Counted from the stretch's first letter, positions 10,340 to 20,727 are shown. The stretch is 64,000 nucleotides of DNA from an uncultured Acidobacteriota bacterium (GCA_963804995.1 CAWDSK010000003.1:1248001-1312000); one strand, 5' to 3'. Numbers and translations: made by a program. Notes: a model not told the origin generated them from the sequence alone.

Positions 10340-10497
10340 TGGGCGCTTGTCGCTTGCCACGATGTCGCCGGCGGATGCGCCGATTCCAGTCATCTCTACA
10401 GGATCACTGCGGGGGTCTCCCGCAGGCCTCAGTCTGTTGTTCGAGGGGCAGTTCCTCATCACGGTTCGGGTTTGGTTTCCCCATGGCTACCTCAGGC
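10340..10497 (-). ncRNA. Putative seekRNA/bridge RNA of the IS1111-type element (ends approximate)
   Basis: Two 9-nt segments (10483-10491, 10457-10465) match the two flanks of the insertion site on opposite strands; 10391-10397 matches the element end; hairpins lie between the segments. Confidence 0.75.
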
Positions 10498-11538
10498 TTA
10501 CTGCCCCAGCTTGCCGGCTCTCCGGCCCCAACGTTCGGCCTGGAAAGGTGCTCCGTGTTTCAAAACTCCGTAAACGCAGCGGGCGACCGAACCCGCCACC
10601 GCCGTCTTGGCCACATTGGGGTGCTTGTGGCAGCGCCGCAGGTGCCAGTAACGCTGGCCGAGCGGGCTCTTGCTGCGCGTCAGGGCGTTGGCGGCGGTGA
10701 TCAAGGCCCAGCGCAACCAGACCGGACCTTGGCGGGTGATCGGACCATGAATCGAAACCTCGCCACTATCGTAGGAACTGGGCACCAAGCCGGTATAGTT
10801 CAACAGCGCGTCGGCGGAGTCGAAACGCGCCAGGTCTCCGATCTCGCTCCAGATGACCGCCGCCAGCATGTGCCCGAGGCCGGGGATGGTCTGCAGGAGC
10901 GCCACCTGGGGGAAAGCCGCGGCGGCCGCCAGCAGTTCCGCCTCGCTGGTTTCGCGCTCGGCGCTGAGAAAATCGTACAGGCGAAACATCCGCTCGAAAC
11001 ACAACTGCGCCGCCGACGAGAGCGCTTGCTGCTGGATCCAGGCTCGCCCCTTGGCGGTGAAGACGCACCGCTGCGGTCGCAGCCCGTGCATCTCCAGCAG
11101 GCTATTGACGCGGTTCTTCGTCTGGGCCCGCAGCCGCGCCAGGCCGCACCGCTGCCGCGCCAGCAGGCGTAATTCCCGGATGGAAGGGGGCGGAAACCAA
11201 GCCTCCGGTAGCGGCTCCACGTCGTGCACCGCCAGTTTCTTCACCAAGCGCCGAGTGTCCAGCCGGTCCGACTTCTGCTTGCGCAAGCTGTCGATCCCCG
11301 CCGTGTGCACCCAGTGCGCCCGATCCCGCCACCCCGCCTCTTCCAGCACACTCATCACAAAATAACCGCTGGTGGAAACTTCCAGAGCGATCTCCGCATC
11401 CGGCGGCAGCTCCGCCAAGCGCTGCCGCCACGCTTCCCGCGTGCACTCGATCGGCTCCAGCATTTTTACGTCTTCCCCGGGCGGAATCATCGCCATCCAA
11501 CAACGTCCCTTGTGAACGTCCGACGCAACCGGTATCAT
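10498..11538 (-). CDS. IS110-family DEDD transposase/recombinase
   Basis: SDVHK (D), ALEVS (E), KSDRLD (D..D); C-terminal LLQTIPGLG..SEIGDLARF..YTGLVPSSYDSG with the conserved Ser. Confidence 0.95.
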   Translation of the reverse strand: MIPVASDVHKGRCWMAMIPPGEDVKMLEPIECTREAWRQRLAELPPDAEIALEVSTSGYFVMSVLEEAGWRDRAHWVHTAGIDSLRKQKSDRLDTRRLVKKLAVHDVEPLPEAWFPPPSIRELRLLARQRCGLARLRAQTKNRVNSLLEMHGLRPQRCVFTAKGRAWIQQQALSSAAQLCFERMFRLYDFLSAERETSEAELLAAAAAFPQVALLQTIPGLGHMLAAVIWSEIGDLARFDSADALLNYTGLVPSSYDSGEVSIHGPITRQGPVWLRWALITAANALTRSKSPLGQRYWHLRRCHKHPNVAKTAVAGSVARCVYGVLKHGAPFQAERWGRRAGKLGQ

Positions 11539-11930
11539 CGTCTTGCCTCCTCGTTGAATTTCTTTCCCAGGTCCAGTCTACCTGGACCCGAGGAGGCATC
11601 GCCGTTTCATAACATCACGGTCAGCGATTTTCTGACCGTGGGCTTTTCCCACGCCAAGCATGCTACACCCAATCCCGAAGACCATACAGCGCTCGTGCGG
11701 CATTGATGAAAGACCCACGGGGGCTGGCGCATCAGGGCGAGCCCAGCCCTGGGATTTCTCGAACTCGAAAAGGCGCAGATAAATCCAGAATACGGGGGAT
11801 GAACAGAGACGTGAATCGCCCCGACGCTTCGGGGCGCCCGCCCTTAGAAAAGCCCAGAATTGTACCGTCCTGGACGACTACCCGCTGGCTGTTTGCGCCC
11901 CCGTCTTACTTGCAGTAAAGTAGACTCATC

Positions 11931-12221
11931 ATGGCGAAGAAGGATAATCCTATGACCATCACCCTCAGTCCAGACCAGGAGCAGGCGGTCCGCGACGCCA
12001 TTCGCGCCGGCAAGGTCACCTCGGTTGACGAACTAATCGCGCGGGCGATTGCCAGCTTGCCCAAGGATGACGAAACTCCGCCCGTAAGCTCATCCTCCAG
12101 TGTCTTTGCGCAGGGCCTGGGTTTGTTTGGCAGTCCGGAAGACGCTTCTCTGCTTGACGAGGTGGTATCCATCGCCTACCAGGAGAGACGCCGGCCGAGC
12201 AAAAGGGAAGCGACACTCTAA
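11931..12221 (+). CDS. Putative antitoxin (VapB-like)
   Basis: Small ORF (MTITLSPDQEQAVRDAIRAG...) ending just before a PIN toxin. Confidence 0.65.
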   Translation: MAKKDNPMTITLSPDQEQAVRDAIRAGKVTSVDELIARAIASLPKDDETPPVSSSSSVFAQGLGLFGSPEDASLLDEVVSIAYQERRRPSKREATL

Positions 12222-12222
12222 G

Positions 12223-12642
12223 ATGACGGTCAAGGCGATCCTGGACACTGACATCCTTTCCGAATACTTCAAGGGACACAATGCTTCCGTGGCCAGTCGA
12301 GCCGAGAGCTACGCCAAGGACCATGGCTTTTTCACCTTTACGAGCGTTACTGTCTACGAGATCGTTTATGGCCTTGAGCTGAAGGGAGCTTCGAGCCAAT
12401 TGAAAAAGGTTCTGGCTTGGCTGAAGCAGAACGAAGAGATTACACCCTCCGACGCGGACTACCTTGCGGCGGCCACCATCAAGGCAACAGCAAGAAAGCA
12501 AGGCTATGTTGTCGAACTCCCGGATTGTTTGATTGCCGCAATTGCCGTGCGGCTGAACCGGCCACTCGTCACCGGCAATACCGACGATTTCGTGACGATT
12601 CAAAGAACCGGCATCAATCTCATTATCGAAAACTGGCGATAA
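12223..12642 (+). CDS. vapC: PIN-domain toxin (VapC-like)
   Basis: ILDTDILSE, TVYEI, DCLIAAIA, LVTGNTDDF; start moved to the ATG at 12223. Confidence 0.9.
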   Translation: MTVKAILDTDILSEYFKGHNASVASRAESYAKDHGFFTFTSVTVYEIVYGLELKGASSQLKKVLAWLKQNEEITPSDADYLAAATIKATARKQGYVVELPDCLIAAIAVRLNRPLVTGNTDDFVTIQRTGINLIIENWR

Positions 12643-13005
12643 CTCCGCACCCGGTGCAAGCAAGCGTAGCGGGTAGCCGCGGTGTCGCTGCGGCGACACC
12701 GTGGCTACCCCATCTCTCAACACCTCGCCCTATCAGAAATAATCCACATTGACGATATACGGCCTAACCGCGGGAGTGGTCGGGCGGGATCGCTGGCTAT
12801 TCGGATTCCCCGTCGGACCGGTTCCACCAGGGTCGCTGCCCGCTCGGAAACTGCCAAAGCTTGCGCCCTTGCCCCTTCCACCTATAGCCTGCTTCCCTTC
12901 CCCTTCCCCCTCCCGCCCCCAGCCTGAAGGCCATGTTAGAATGAAGCTTCGGTAACACGCGCGGGCCATTTTCTCGTTTGGAAGTGCACCCGGCAGGAAC
13001 AGGTC

Positions 13006-13497
13006 ATGGCAACCCACAAAATCCTGCCTCTCGAGCAGGCTTACCAGGTCGTTGAAGACCTGAAGCGCCGCGGCCAGCGGGTGGTCTTTACCAATGGATG
13101 TTTCGACCTGCTGCATCCTGGCCACACGCGTTGCCTGGAAGGAGCGCGCAAGCTTGGCGACGTCCTCCTGGTGGCCATCAACAGTGACCGCAGCGTGCGC
13201 GCCCTCAAGGGACCGGACCGGCCGCTGCAACCCGAAGCGGAGCGTGCGGAGATTCTTGCCGCTATGGCTGCCGTGGACTACGTGACGATCTTTGACGATC
13301 CGTCGATCCTGGGAGTGGTGGCGCGGATGCGGCCTGATGTGCTCGTTAAGGGCGGCGACTGGGGGCCAGACCAAGTAGTTGGCCGCGCTGAAGTCGAAGT
13401 CGCCGGCGGGCGCGTAGTCCAAGTTCCCGTCGTCGGGGGCTTCTCCACCAGCGCCATCATTGAAGCAGCGCGAAGAGCAGTAGGCGGAAGGCAGTAG
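13006..13497 (+). CDS. rfaE2: D-glycero-beta-D-manno-heptose 1-phosphate adenylyltransferase
   Basis: [47 protein letters not shown]. Confidence 0.93.
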   Translation: MATHKILPLEQAYQVVEDLKRRGQRVVFTNGCFDLLHPGHTRCLEGARKLGDVLLVAINSDRSVRALKGPDRPLQPEAERAEILAAMAAVDYVTIFDDPSILGVVARMRPDVLVKGGDWGPDQVVGRAEVEVAGGRVVQVPVVGGFSTSAIIEAARRAVGGRQ

Positions 13498-13967
13498 GCA
13501 GAAGGCGGCAAGCACGTTGTGCGCGTCCCGACAGAGTCGGGACAGGCAGCGAGGGGTGCGGGAAAACGCTCCCTTGCGGACAACCACCCCGTCGCCTCTG
13601 GTAACCACCCCGTCGCCTCCGGCGCCACCCCTCCTGAATCAGGAGGGGAGTTAGTCAAAGAACTCCCCGCCTCAGATGAGGAGGGGTGGCGCGCTGAGCG
13701 ACGGGGTGGTGCTGATAAGTTAAAGGGGTGGCGCGCCGAGCCCCGATAGCGCGTTCTTTCCAAATTGATCATCGGGGCCGAACGCCGGGGTGGTGTTGAC
13801 AAGCGGAGTAGCGCAGACCTGTCATGTAATTCTGCTATTTGTCCATTGCCGACTGTCGATTGCGGATTAGCTCAATCGACAATCAGCAATCGAAAATAAC
13901 CATTGCGAAAAGCCGCGGACCTAGCGAACAGGCGCTGCCCCTCGTTGTCACTGGTCACTGTAACTCC

Positions 13968-15377
13968 ATGCCGGATCTCCAATCCCTACTCCAGCCTCTT
14001 CTCAACCACGCCACCCTGCGTGCCGTGTGCGCGGCGATCCCTGCCAGCGGTCCACCCACCCCGGGGGTTCAACCGTTCGCTATCTCCGGCCTGACCCCTT
14101 CGGCGAAGGCATGGGTGGTGGCAGTTGTGGCGCACAAGATTCGGCGGCCCGTCGTGGTCGTGACCAAAGACAACGAGGCGGCGCAAGCCTATCGCCAGGC
14201 TACCTCCACTTTTCTCGATTGGCTGGAGCCTGCCGCCGGGGCCGCGGTTCGTATCTTGCCGGCCCTTGATTGTTCACCCTACGAGGGCCGCTCGCCCCAC
14301 GCCGAGATTCAGGAGCAGCGCGCCGTAGGGCTCTGGAACCTGGCGCGGGGTGGCGCGCGAGTGATTTACGCGCCCGTCAGCGCGGCCCTGGGGCGCTTCC
14401 GCGAGCGAGCCTTTTATTCTTCCCTGGCGCTGGAGCTAAAGATTGGCGACGAGCTGAATCTTGACAACCTGGTTGAGCAGTTGCGCAGCGTAGGTTATGA
14501 ACCCACGGAGCCGGTCGCGGCGGTTGGCCAATACTCCGTGCGGGGCGGAATCATGGACGTTTTCCCGCCCGAAGCTGAGTGGCCGTTTCGCCTGGAATTC
14601 TTCGGCGACCAGATCGAATCACTACGGGAGTTCGATCCCTCATCGCAACGCTCACGCAAGCCCGCACCCCAAGCGCTCCTGCTGCCGCTTTCGGAAGCGC
14701 AGCGCTCACCCAAGTTTTTTGACCGATTGGTGCGCCTGCTCACTCTTCGCGCCCATGAACACGCCCAGGCGCGAGGATCAAAGCTGCCCGAACGCGAACC
14801 CGACTGGGCAGCCGAGCATTCCAACCCTTTCCCCGGGTGGGAATTCTTCGTTCCCCTCGTCGAGCCGCACCCGCACACATTGTTCTCCTTGCTGGAACAG
14901 CCCGTGTTGGTCTGGGATGAACCTTTGGACCGCCATGAGCAGATCCGCGGCACGATCGAAGGCCTGGCCGCGAGCTTTGATGAAGTCCGGGATATCGTAC
15001 CGCCCCGCCCCACGCCGCAGGAAATCCTTCTGACGGAACGTGAATTCGAGCAGGCCCTCGGGAATATCCCGCAGATCGCGCTGAAAGAGTTGGCCCTCGA
15101 AGGCGTGGGGGACGGGGCTGGGGATTTGGGATTAGGAATTGGGAACTCGGAATTGGGAATGCGGAATTCGGATTTCACGGCTGGAGACGGGGGACCAGGG
15201 ATTCGGGATGCGGAGATCAGCGATGGAGTTCATGCAGGTTCGGCGGCGGTCGTTATTGGTGGCGACTTGTATTTCCCACCCCAGATCGGAAGCCCGAAGT
15301 CCGAGGCCCTAGGTCCGAAGCCTGAAGAGACAAGCCCTAGGTCCGAAGTCCGACGTTCCAACGTCCCTAGCGCCTGA
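13968..15377 (+). CDS. mfd: Transcription-repair coupling factor Mfd, N-terminal part (frameshifted relative to the C-terminal part)
   Basis: UvrB-homology motif GQYSVRGGIMDVFPP..RLEFFGDQIESLREFDPSSQRS; ends in repeat-derived low-complexity sequence. Confidence 0.85.
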   Translation: MPDLQSLLQPLLNHATLRAVCAAIPASGPPTPGVQPFAISGLTPSAKAWVVAVVAHKIRRPVVVVTKDNEAAQAYRQATSTFLDWLEPAAGAAVRILPALDCSPYEGRSPHAEIQEQRAVGLWNLARGGARVIYAPVSAALGRFRERAFYSSLALELKIGDELNLDNLVEQLRSVGYEPTEPVAAVGQYSVRGGIMDVFPPEAEWPFRLEFFGDQIESLREFDPSSQRSRKPAPQALLLPLSEAQRSPKFFDRLVRLLTLRAHEHAQARGSKLPEREPDWAAEHSNPFPGWEFFVPLVEPHPHTLFSLLEQPVLVWDEPLDRHEQIRGTIEGLAASFDEVRDIVPPRPTPQEILLTEREFEQALGNIPQIALKELALEGVGDGAGDLGLGIGNSELGMRNSDFTAGDGGPGIRDAEISDGVHAGSAAVVIGGDLYFPPQIGSPKSEALGPKPEETSPRSEVRRSNVPSA

Positions 15378-18000
15378 TCCAGAACCCCTACCCCCGAGTC
15401 CCGAGCCCGTTGGCCCATATCCCGAATCCCTGGTTCCCACCACCCTGTCCCCACCCGAAAGCCCCACGTCCCATGTCCCATATGTTGACCCTAAGCGGGG
15501 CTACGCGACCGTCGTCCCACACCTTTTGCCCCAGATTCTGAGTTCAAAGCACCTGCTCTTGAGCCAACCGCCCCCCAAATATCACGGAGGTGTTAAAGCC
15601 CTGGTAGAGGATTTGCGGGGTCGTTTGAAGCAGGGTGAAGCCGTCCTCTTCGTCATTCCCACCACTGGCAAGGTCGATCGCCTGCGCGAAATCCTGAAGG
15701 AGTACGAAATTCCTTATGATCGGGTGAAGAATGCCGAAACTCGAAATTCGAAACTCGAAACTCGCGAGCCACCCATCGAATCTCAAGCTTCGGCTTTCGA
15801 GCTTCGATCATCGGATCTCCCGATCACCCGATCGCCCGATCCTTCCGGCGTGCTGATCGTCCAAGGTGAAATTCGTGAGGGCGTGGCCTTTCCCGAACTG
15901 CGCCAGTTATGGCTGGCTGATTCCGACCTGTTCGGAGGCTTTGATTGGGCGGCGCGCGGGCGGCGCGAGCATTCGGGAATTTCCAGCTTTATCTCCGACC
16001 TCAGCGACCTCAAGGTCGGCGACTACGTGGTGCATATCGATCACGGCATCGGCATTTATCAGGGTTTGCGGCAACTGTCGGTGGCAAGCGCCACGCGCGA
16101 CTTCATGCTGCTGACTTACCAGGAAGAGGCCAAGCTTTACGTGCCGCTCGAGCGCCTTGACCTGGTGGAAAAGTACCGCTCCGGCGAAGGCGCCAAGCCC
16201 GTGCTGGATCGCCTGGGCGGAACAAGTTGGGAACGCACCAAAACTCGCGTCAAACGCGCCCTCCGCGATATGGCCCAGGAACTCCTGCAACTTTATGCGG
16301 AGCGCAAGATGCGCGGAGGTGTGGCTGCCTCCTCGGACACACCCTGGCAGCGCGAATTCGAGGCCGCATTTGAATTCGAGGAGACGCCGGACCAGCTTAC
16401 CGCCTTCGCCGACATTAAGCGGGACCTGGAAAGTCCCGAGCCTATGGACCGCCTGCTCTGTGGCGACGTTGGGTACGGCAAAACCGAGCTCGCCATGCGC
16501 GCCGCCTTCAAGGTAATTCAGGATGGCCGCCAAGTGGCCGTGCTCGCGCCCACCACGGTGCTGGCGTTCCAGCACTTCACGACCTTTCGCCAGCGCATGG
16601 CAGCGTTCCCGGTACGGGTTGAAATGCTCAGCCGCTTCCGCTCTGCCGCCGAGCAGAAGAAAGTTGTGGCCGATGCGGCAACAGGTAGCGTGGATATCCT
16701 CATCGGCACGCACCGGTTGCTCTCCAAAGACGTTCAGCTCCACGACCTGGGATTGCTGATCGTGGATGAGGAACAACGCTTCGGGGTGGCAGCGAAAGAA
16801 AAACTGAAGAAGATAAAGTCCGGTGTGGATGTCCTGACCATGTCCGCCACACCCATCCCGCGCACTTTGCACATGTCGTTGGGCGGACTGCGTGACCTCT
16901 CAGTGATTGAAACGCCCCCGCGCGGCCGCCTGGCCATTCAGACCACGGTAGCGCCCTTTAATCAGGCCCTCATCCAGTCGGCCATCCTGCAGGAGATGCA
17001 GCGGCAGGGTCAGGTCTTCTTCGTTCATAACCGCGTGGAGTCGATTTTCCAGATCGCTGCACTCCTCCAGCGCCTGGTGCCCACGGCGCGGATGGGCGTG
17101 GCGCACGGCCAGATGGGTGAAAAGGATCTCGAGCGGGCCATGCTGAAGTTCATGCAAGGCGAATATGAGGTTCTGGTGGCCACGGCTCTTATCGAGAACG
17201 GCCTCGACATCCCCCGCGCCAACACCATCATCGTGAATCACGCGGACCGCTTCGGGCTGGCGGACCTTTACCAGCTTCGCGGGCGCGTGGGGCGCTCGAA
17301 TCGCCGCGCCTATGCCTATTTCCTGATTGCCTCGGAAGACACGCTGACGCCCATTGCGCGCCGGCGGCTGGCGGCGCTCAAGGAATTCTCCGACCTTGGC
17401 GCAGGCTTCCGTCTGGCGGCGCTCGATCTGGAGCTGCGGGGGGCGGGCAATCTGCTGGGCGCCGAGCAACATGGCCACTTGAATGCCATCGGGATCGACC
17501 TTTACCTTAAGATGCTGGAGCAGTCGGTGGAAGAGCTGAAAGGCGCGCCTGCAAAAATTGAAGTGCGCACCGCCATCAACCTGGGGCTCGATATCAAGAT
17601 TCCTGACCAATACATTCCAGACGAAAACCAGCGGCTGCGCATGTACAAACGGATCTCAGGCGTGGCCACTCCCACCGAGCGCGCCGACCTCGAATCCGAA
17701 CTTGCTGACCGCTTCGGTCCCATTCCGCCCTCCGTCTCGAACCTGCTCGATTATGCGCTGCTCAAGACCGCCGCGGAACAGTTGCTGGTGCAGACCGTAG
17801 AACGTAAAGCCGAGGAGGTCTGGGTAAAGTTCCACGCGGAGGCTCCCGTAGATCCCCAAGCGCTGGCCCAGTTTGTGCGCCGCCGGCGTGAGGCCAGCTT
17901 CCGTCCTGACCGCGTTCTACGCTTCCGCGTGCGCGAAAGCGATGGCAACCTGATGGCGCAAGTCCAAAACGTCTTGCAGGAACTGCACCTGCGGCCTTAA
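15313..18000 (+). CDS. mfd: Mfd C-terminal part (RID, SF2 translocase, TRCF domains)
   Basis: [71 protein letters not shown]; this frame is open from 15313 (first start codon TTG at 15526). Confidence 0.92.
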   Translation, partial: VRSLKRQALGPKSDVPTSLAPDPEPLPPSPEPVGPYPESLVPTTLSPPESPTSHVPYVDPKRGYATVVPHLLPQILSSKHLLLSQPPPKYHGGVKALVEDLRGRLKQGEAVLFVIPTTGKVDRLREILKEYEIPYDRVKNAETRNSKLETREPPIESQASAFELRSSDLPITRSPDPSGVLIVQGEIREGVAFPELRQLWLADSDLFGGFDWAARGRREHSGISSFISDLSDLKVGDYVVHIDHGIGIYQGLRQLSVASATRDFMLLTYQEEAKLYVPLERLDLVEKYRSGEGAKPVLDRLGGTSWERTKTRVKRALRDMAQELLQLYAERKMRGGVAASSDTPWQREFEAAFEFEETPDQLTAFADIKRDLESPEPMDRLLCGDVGYGKTELAMRAAFKVIQDGRQVAVLAPTTVLAFQHFTTFRQRMAAFPVRVEMLSRFRSAAEQKKVVADAATGSVDILIGTHRLLSKDVQLHDLGLLIVDEEQRFGVAAKEKLKKIKSGVDVLTMSATPIPRTLHMSLGGLRDLSVIETPPRGRLAIQTTVAPFNQALIQSAILQEMQRQGQVFFVHNRVESIFQIAALLQRLVPTARMGVAHGQMGEKDLERAMLKFMQGEYEVLVATALIENGLDIPRANTIIVNHADRFGLADLYQLRGRVGRSNRRAYAYFLIASEDTLTPIARRRLAALKEFSDLGAGFRLAALDLELRGAGNLLGAEQHGHLNAIGIDLYLKMLEQSVEELKGAPAKIEVRTAINLGLDIKIPDQYIPDENQRLRMYKRISGVATPTERADLESELADRFGPIPPSVSNLLDYALLKTAAEQLLVQTVERKAEEVWVKFHAEAPVDPQALAQFVRRRREASFRPDRVLRFRVRESDGNLMAQVQNVLQELHLRP

Positions 18001-18099
18001 GATGGCAACAGCATAAGTGGGGGGCTGATACAACCCTGGCGCACGTTGCCAGCTCCAAGAAGAGAACCCGGACATAGACAGGAAGGTCGAGAGGTACCC

Positions 18100-19122
18100 A
18101 TGAAGCGAAATTTGGGAATAGCGGCAAGCACTATCATGGCCGTGGCTTTTGCAGCAGGGACACTCCCCGCCGCCCACGTGTTGGAGCGCATCATCGCGCG
18201 TGTCAACAGTGAAATCATCACCCAGCGCCAGTATGAACAAGAGAAGACCAAGCTGCACGATCAGCTTGCCCAGCAGTATTCCGGCGCAGAGCTCGACGCC
18301 AAATTCAAGGACGAGAGCAAGAACCTTTTGCGCGACCTGATTGACCAATCGCTGATGGTCCAGAAAGCCAAAGACCTGGACTTGAACGTCGATACGGATG
18401 TAATCAAGCGGCTGGACGAAATGCGCAAGCAGTACAACCTGGCCACCATCGAAGACTTGCAGAAGGACGTCGAACAACAGGGCATCATCTGGGAGGACTT
18501 CAAGGAACAGATCAAGCGGCAGCTCCTGATGCGCGAAGTGATCGGGCGCCAGGTGGGCTCCCGTATCATGGTCTCGCGGGAAGATTCCCGGAAGTATTAC
18601 GAAACCCACAAGAACGAATTCCAGTCGGAGGGCATGATTCACCTGTCGGAAATCCTGATTTCCACGGAAAAGTACAAGCCCGACGAGGCAAAAAAGCGCG
18701 CGGACGCGGCGTTGGCGGAGCTCAAGGGGGGCGCCCGCTATGCAGATGTGGTGAAGAAATATTCCGACGGTCCCAACCTCGACCAGGCCGGGGACATCGG
18801 CCTTATGAAAAGCGGATCCGTGGCCCCTTCCATTGCTGCGGCCATCAACAAGCTCGAAATCAACGACACCACCGACTTGATTCAGACCAAGAACGGTTAC
18901 CTGATTCTGAAGCTGCTGGAGCGCTTCAGCCCCGGCATCCCCAAGTTCGAGGAAGTTGAGTCACGGGTGAATGAGACCCTGTACAACCAGCAAATGCAGC
19001 CCAAGCTGCGCGAATTCCTGACCCAGCTCCGTGCCGACAGTTACCGGTGGGAGGCGCCGGGATACATCGATACTGGCGAGGTAACCCCGGGCTCAGCCTT
19101 GCTCACCGAAAAGGCGCAATGA
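18100..19122 (+). CDS. SurA/PrsA-like peptidyl-prolyl isomerase
   Basis: Signal peptide, ERIIARVNSEII, HLSEILI, KKYSDGP..GDIG parvulin motif; follows mfd. Confidence 0.88.
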   Translation: MKRNLGIAASTIMAVAFAAGTLPAAHVLERIIARVNSEIITQRQYEQEKTKLHDQLAQQYSGAELDAKFKDESKNLLRDLIDQSLMVQKAKDLDLNVDTDVIKRLDEMRKQYNLATIEDLQKDVEQQGIIWEDFKEQIKRQLLMREVIGRQVGSRIMVSREDSRKYYETHKNEFQSEGMIHLSEILISTEKYKPDEAKKRADAALAELKGGARYADVVKKYSDGPNLDQAGDIGLMKSGSVAPSIAAAINKLEINDTTDLIQTKNGYLILKLLERFSPGIPKFEEVESRVNETLYNQQMQPKLREFLTQLRADSYRWEAPGYIDTGEVTPGSALLTEKAQ

Positions 19123-20090
19123 AGCAAACCTACGTCCGAGACCTGGTGCCGGACTCTGTGGTGCGCAGCACTTTCCTGGTGCAATCCAAGGAGCGCAAGG
19201 TCGCCAGCAACGGCGCGGCGTATCTCGATCTCACCCTGCAAGACACGACCGGCGCCATTCCCTCCAAACTCTGGGATTACTCTGAGCGAACCACCCCCGC
19301 TTTCGAGGTTGATGACATCGTCCAGGTCGAGGGCCACGTGGAAAGTTACCGTGGCGCAGCCCAGCTCAAAGTACGCAAAATCGCGCCCTGCCCTCCGGAC
19401 GTAGTCGACCTGTTGGATTATCTGCCCCGTACCCAACGTGACCCGGACGCGATGTACGCCGCGCTACTGGAAAGGGTGCAGGCTATGGGCGAGGGCCCCC
19501 TCCGCGCGCTCCTCTTGTTAGTGCTCGAGGATGCTGCGATTGCGGAGCGCTACAAGCTTGCTCCCGCCGCGATGAGTTACCACCATGCCTTTCTCGGAGG
19601 GTTACTGGAACACGTTTCGTCGCTCATCGCGCTCGCCGACCAAGTGGCGGATCATTACCCCTGGCTGCGGCGGGACTTGATCCTGGCCGGCTTGGTGCTC
19701 CACGACATCGGGAAAATCGAAGAGCTGAATTTCCGGAGAGGCTTTCGCTACTCAACGCGCGGGCAACTGGTCGGCCATATTTCGATTGCCCTGGAGATGG
19801 TGCAGGAAAAGATTCGCCAGATTCCCGACTTCCCCGCCGAGTTGAAGGACCAGATCGAACACATCATCCTCTCCCACCATGGCAAGCTTGAGTTCGGCTC
19901 GCCCAAGGAGCCGATGTTTGCTGAGGCCCTGGTGGTCCATTACCTGGACGACCTGGACTCCAAGCTCGAAGCCGTGCGCCAGCAATATGCGATCGATAAG
20001 GACCGCACCGGCGATTGGACAAGCCGCAGCCCGGCACTGAAGCGGGAGCTTTACAAGATCGGGAGATCAGGCGATCCCGTGAGCGAGTGA
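19119..20090 (+). CDS. yhaM: OB-fold + HD-domain 3'-5' exoribonuclease YhaM-like
   Basis: YLDLTLQDTTG OB fold; PAAMSYHHAFLGGLLEH, LHDIGK, GQLVGHI, ILSHHG, DDLDSK. Confidence 0.88.
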   Translation: MKQTYVRDLVPDSVVRSTFLVQSKERKVASNGAAYLDLTLQDTTGAIPSKLWDYSERTTPAFEVDDIVQVEGHVESYRGAAQLKVRKIAPCPPDVVDLLDYLPRTQRDPDAMYAALLERVQAMGEGPLRALLLLVLEDAAIAERYKLAPAAMSYHHAFLGGLLEHVSSLIALADQVADHYPWLRRDLILAGLVLHDIGKIEELNFRRGFRYSTRGQLVGHISIALEMVQEKIRQIPDFPAELKDQIEHIILSHHGKLEFGSPKEPMFAEALVVHYLDDLDSKLEAVRQQYAIDKDRTGDWTSRSPALKRELYKIGRSGDPVSE

Positions 20091-20186
20091 GCAGAACCGA
20101 AACTCGAAAATCGAAATCCGAAGCTCGCTGAACTCAGGCGGCGATTTTCGAATTTCGAGTTTCGATTTTCGTGTTTTAGTAACCCC

Positions 20187-20678
20187 ATGACTCCATATTC
20201 CGTCGAAGCCATTGCGCGCCTCCTCCCCCATCGATTCCCGTTCCTGTTTGTGGACCAGGTCACCGAATTCATTCCCGGCCAGCGCATCGTGGCTGTCAAG
20301 CATTTTTCTGTCAACGATGAGGCGGCGCAGGGGAATTTCCCCGGCCTGGCCATCATTCCCATGGGCGTGATCCTGGAACTGGTCACGCAGGTGGGTGCGG
20401 TGCTGGTGATGGCGCGGCCGGAAATGGAGGGCAAGATTGCGATGATCCTCCAAATCCCTTCCGCACAGATGATAAAGCCCGTAGAGGCTGGCGCCACGCT
20501 ACGAGTGGAGGCGGAAGTTGTGAAGATGAAACCGCTCTTTGGCGAACTGCGTGGTTCGGTTTACTGCGATGGCGAGCTGGTGGCAGCAGGGGACGTGCGC
20601 TTTGCCATCGCCAACGCCGCCGATGTGCTGCCGGCCCCCCAGGCAGTTGACAACCCTCCGCAAACAGCCCAGAATTAA
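20187..20678 (+). CDS. FabZ-like hot-dog fold dehydratase (divergent active site)
   Basis: LLPHRFPFLFVDQV; GNFPG where GHFPG is canonical. Confidence 0.8.
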   Translation: MTPYSVEAIARLLPHRFPFLFVDQVTEFIPGQRIVAVKHFSVNDEAAQGNFPGLAIIPMGVILELVTQVGAVLVMARPEMEGKIAMILQIPSAQMIKPVEAGATLRVEAEVVKMKPLFGELRGSVYCDGELVAAGDVRFAIANAADVLPAPQAVDNPPQTAQN

Positions 20679-20727
20679 AGGAATAGCTGAGGATTTGTTA
20701 CCAGTTTAAAGAAAGTCATTAGTCACC

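Larger units (their letters stand above)
9902..11616 (-). mobile_element. Complete IS110-family element, IS1111 type
   Basis: Sub-terminal inverted repeats TGAAACCGCGATGCC (9908-9922) and GGCATCGCCGTTTCA (11595-11609), 14/15 match; CATC core at both 9902-9905 and 11613-11616; long non-coding region 3' of the transposase. Confidence 0.9.

Noticed and set aside
15100..15525. Intein or self-splicing intron in mfd
   Set aside because: No intein terminal motifs (C/S...HN-C/S/T) and no group I/II consensus ends; the sequence is simple repeat-derived.
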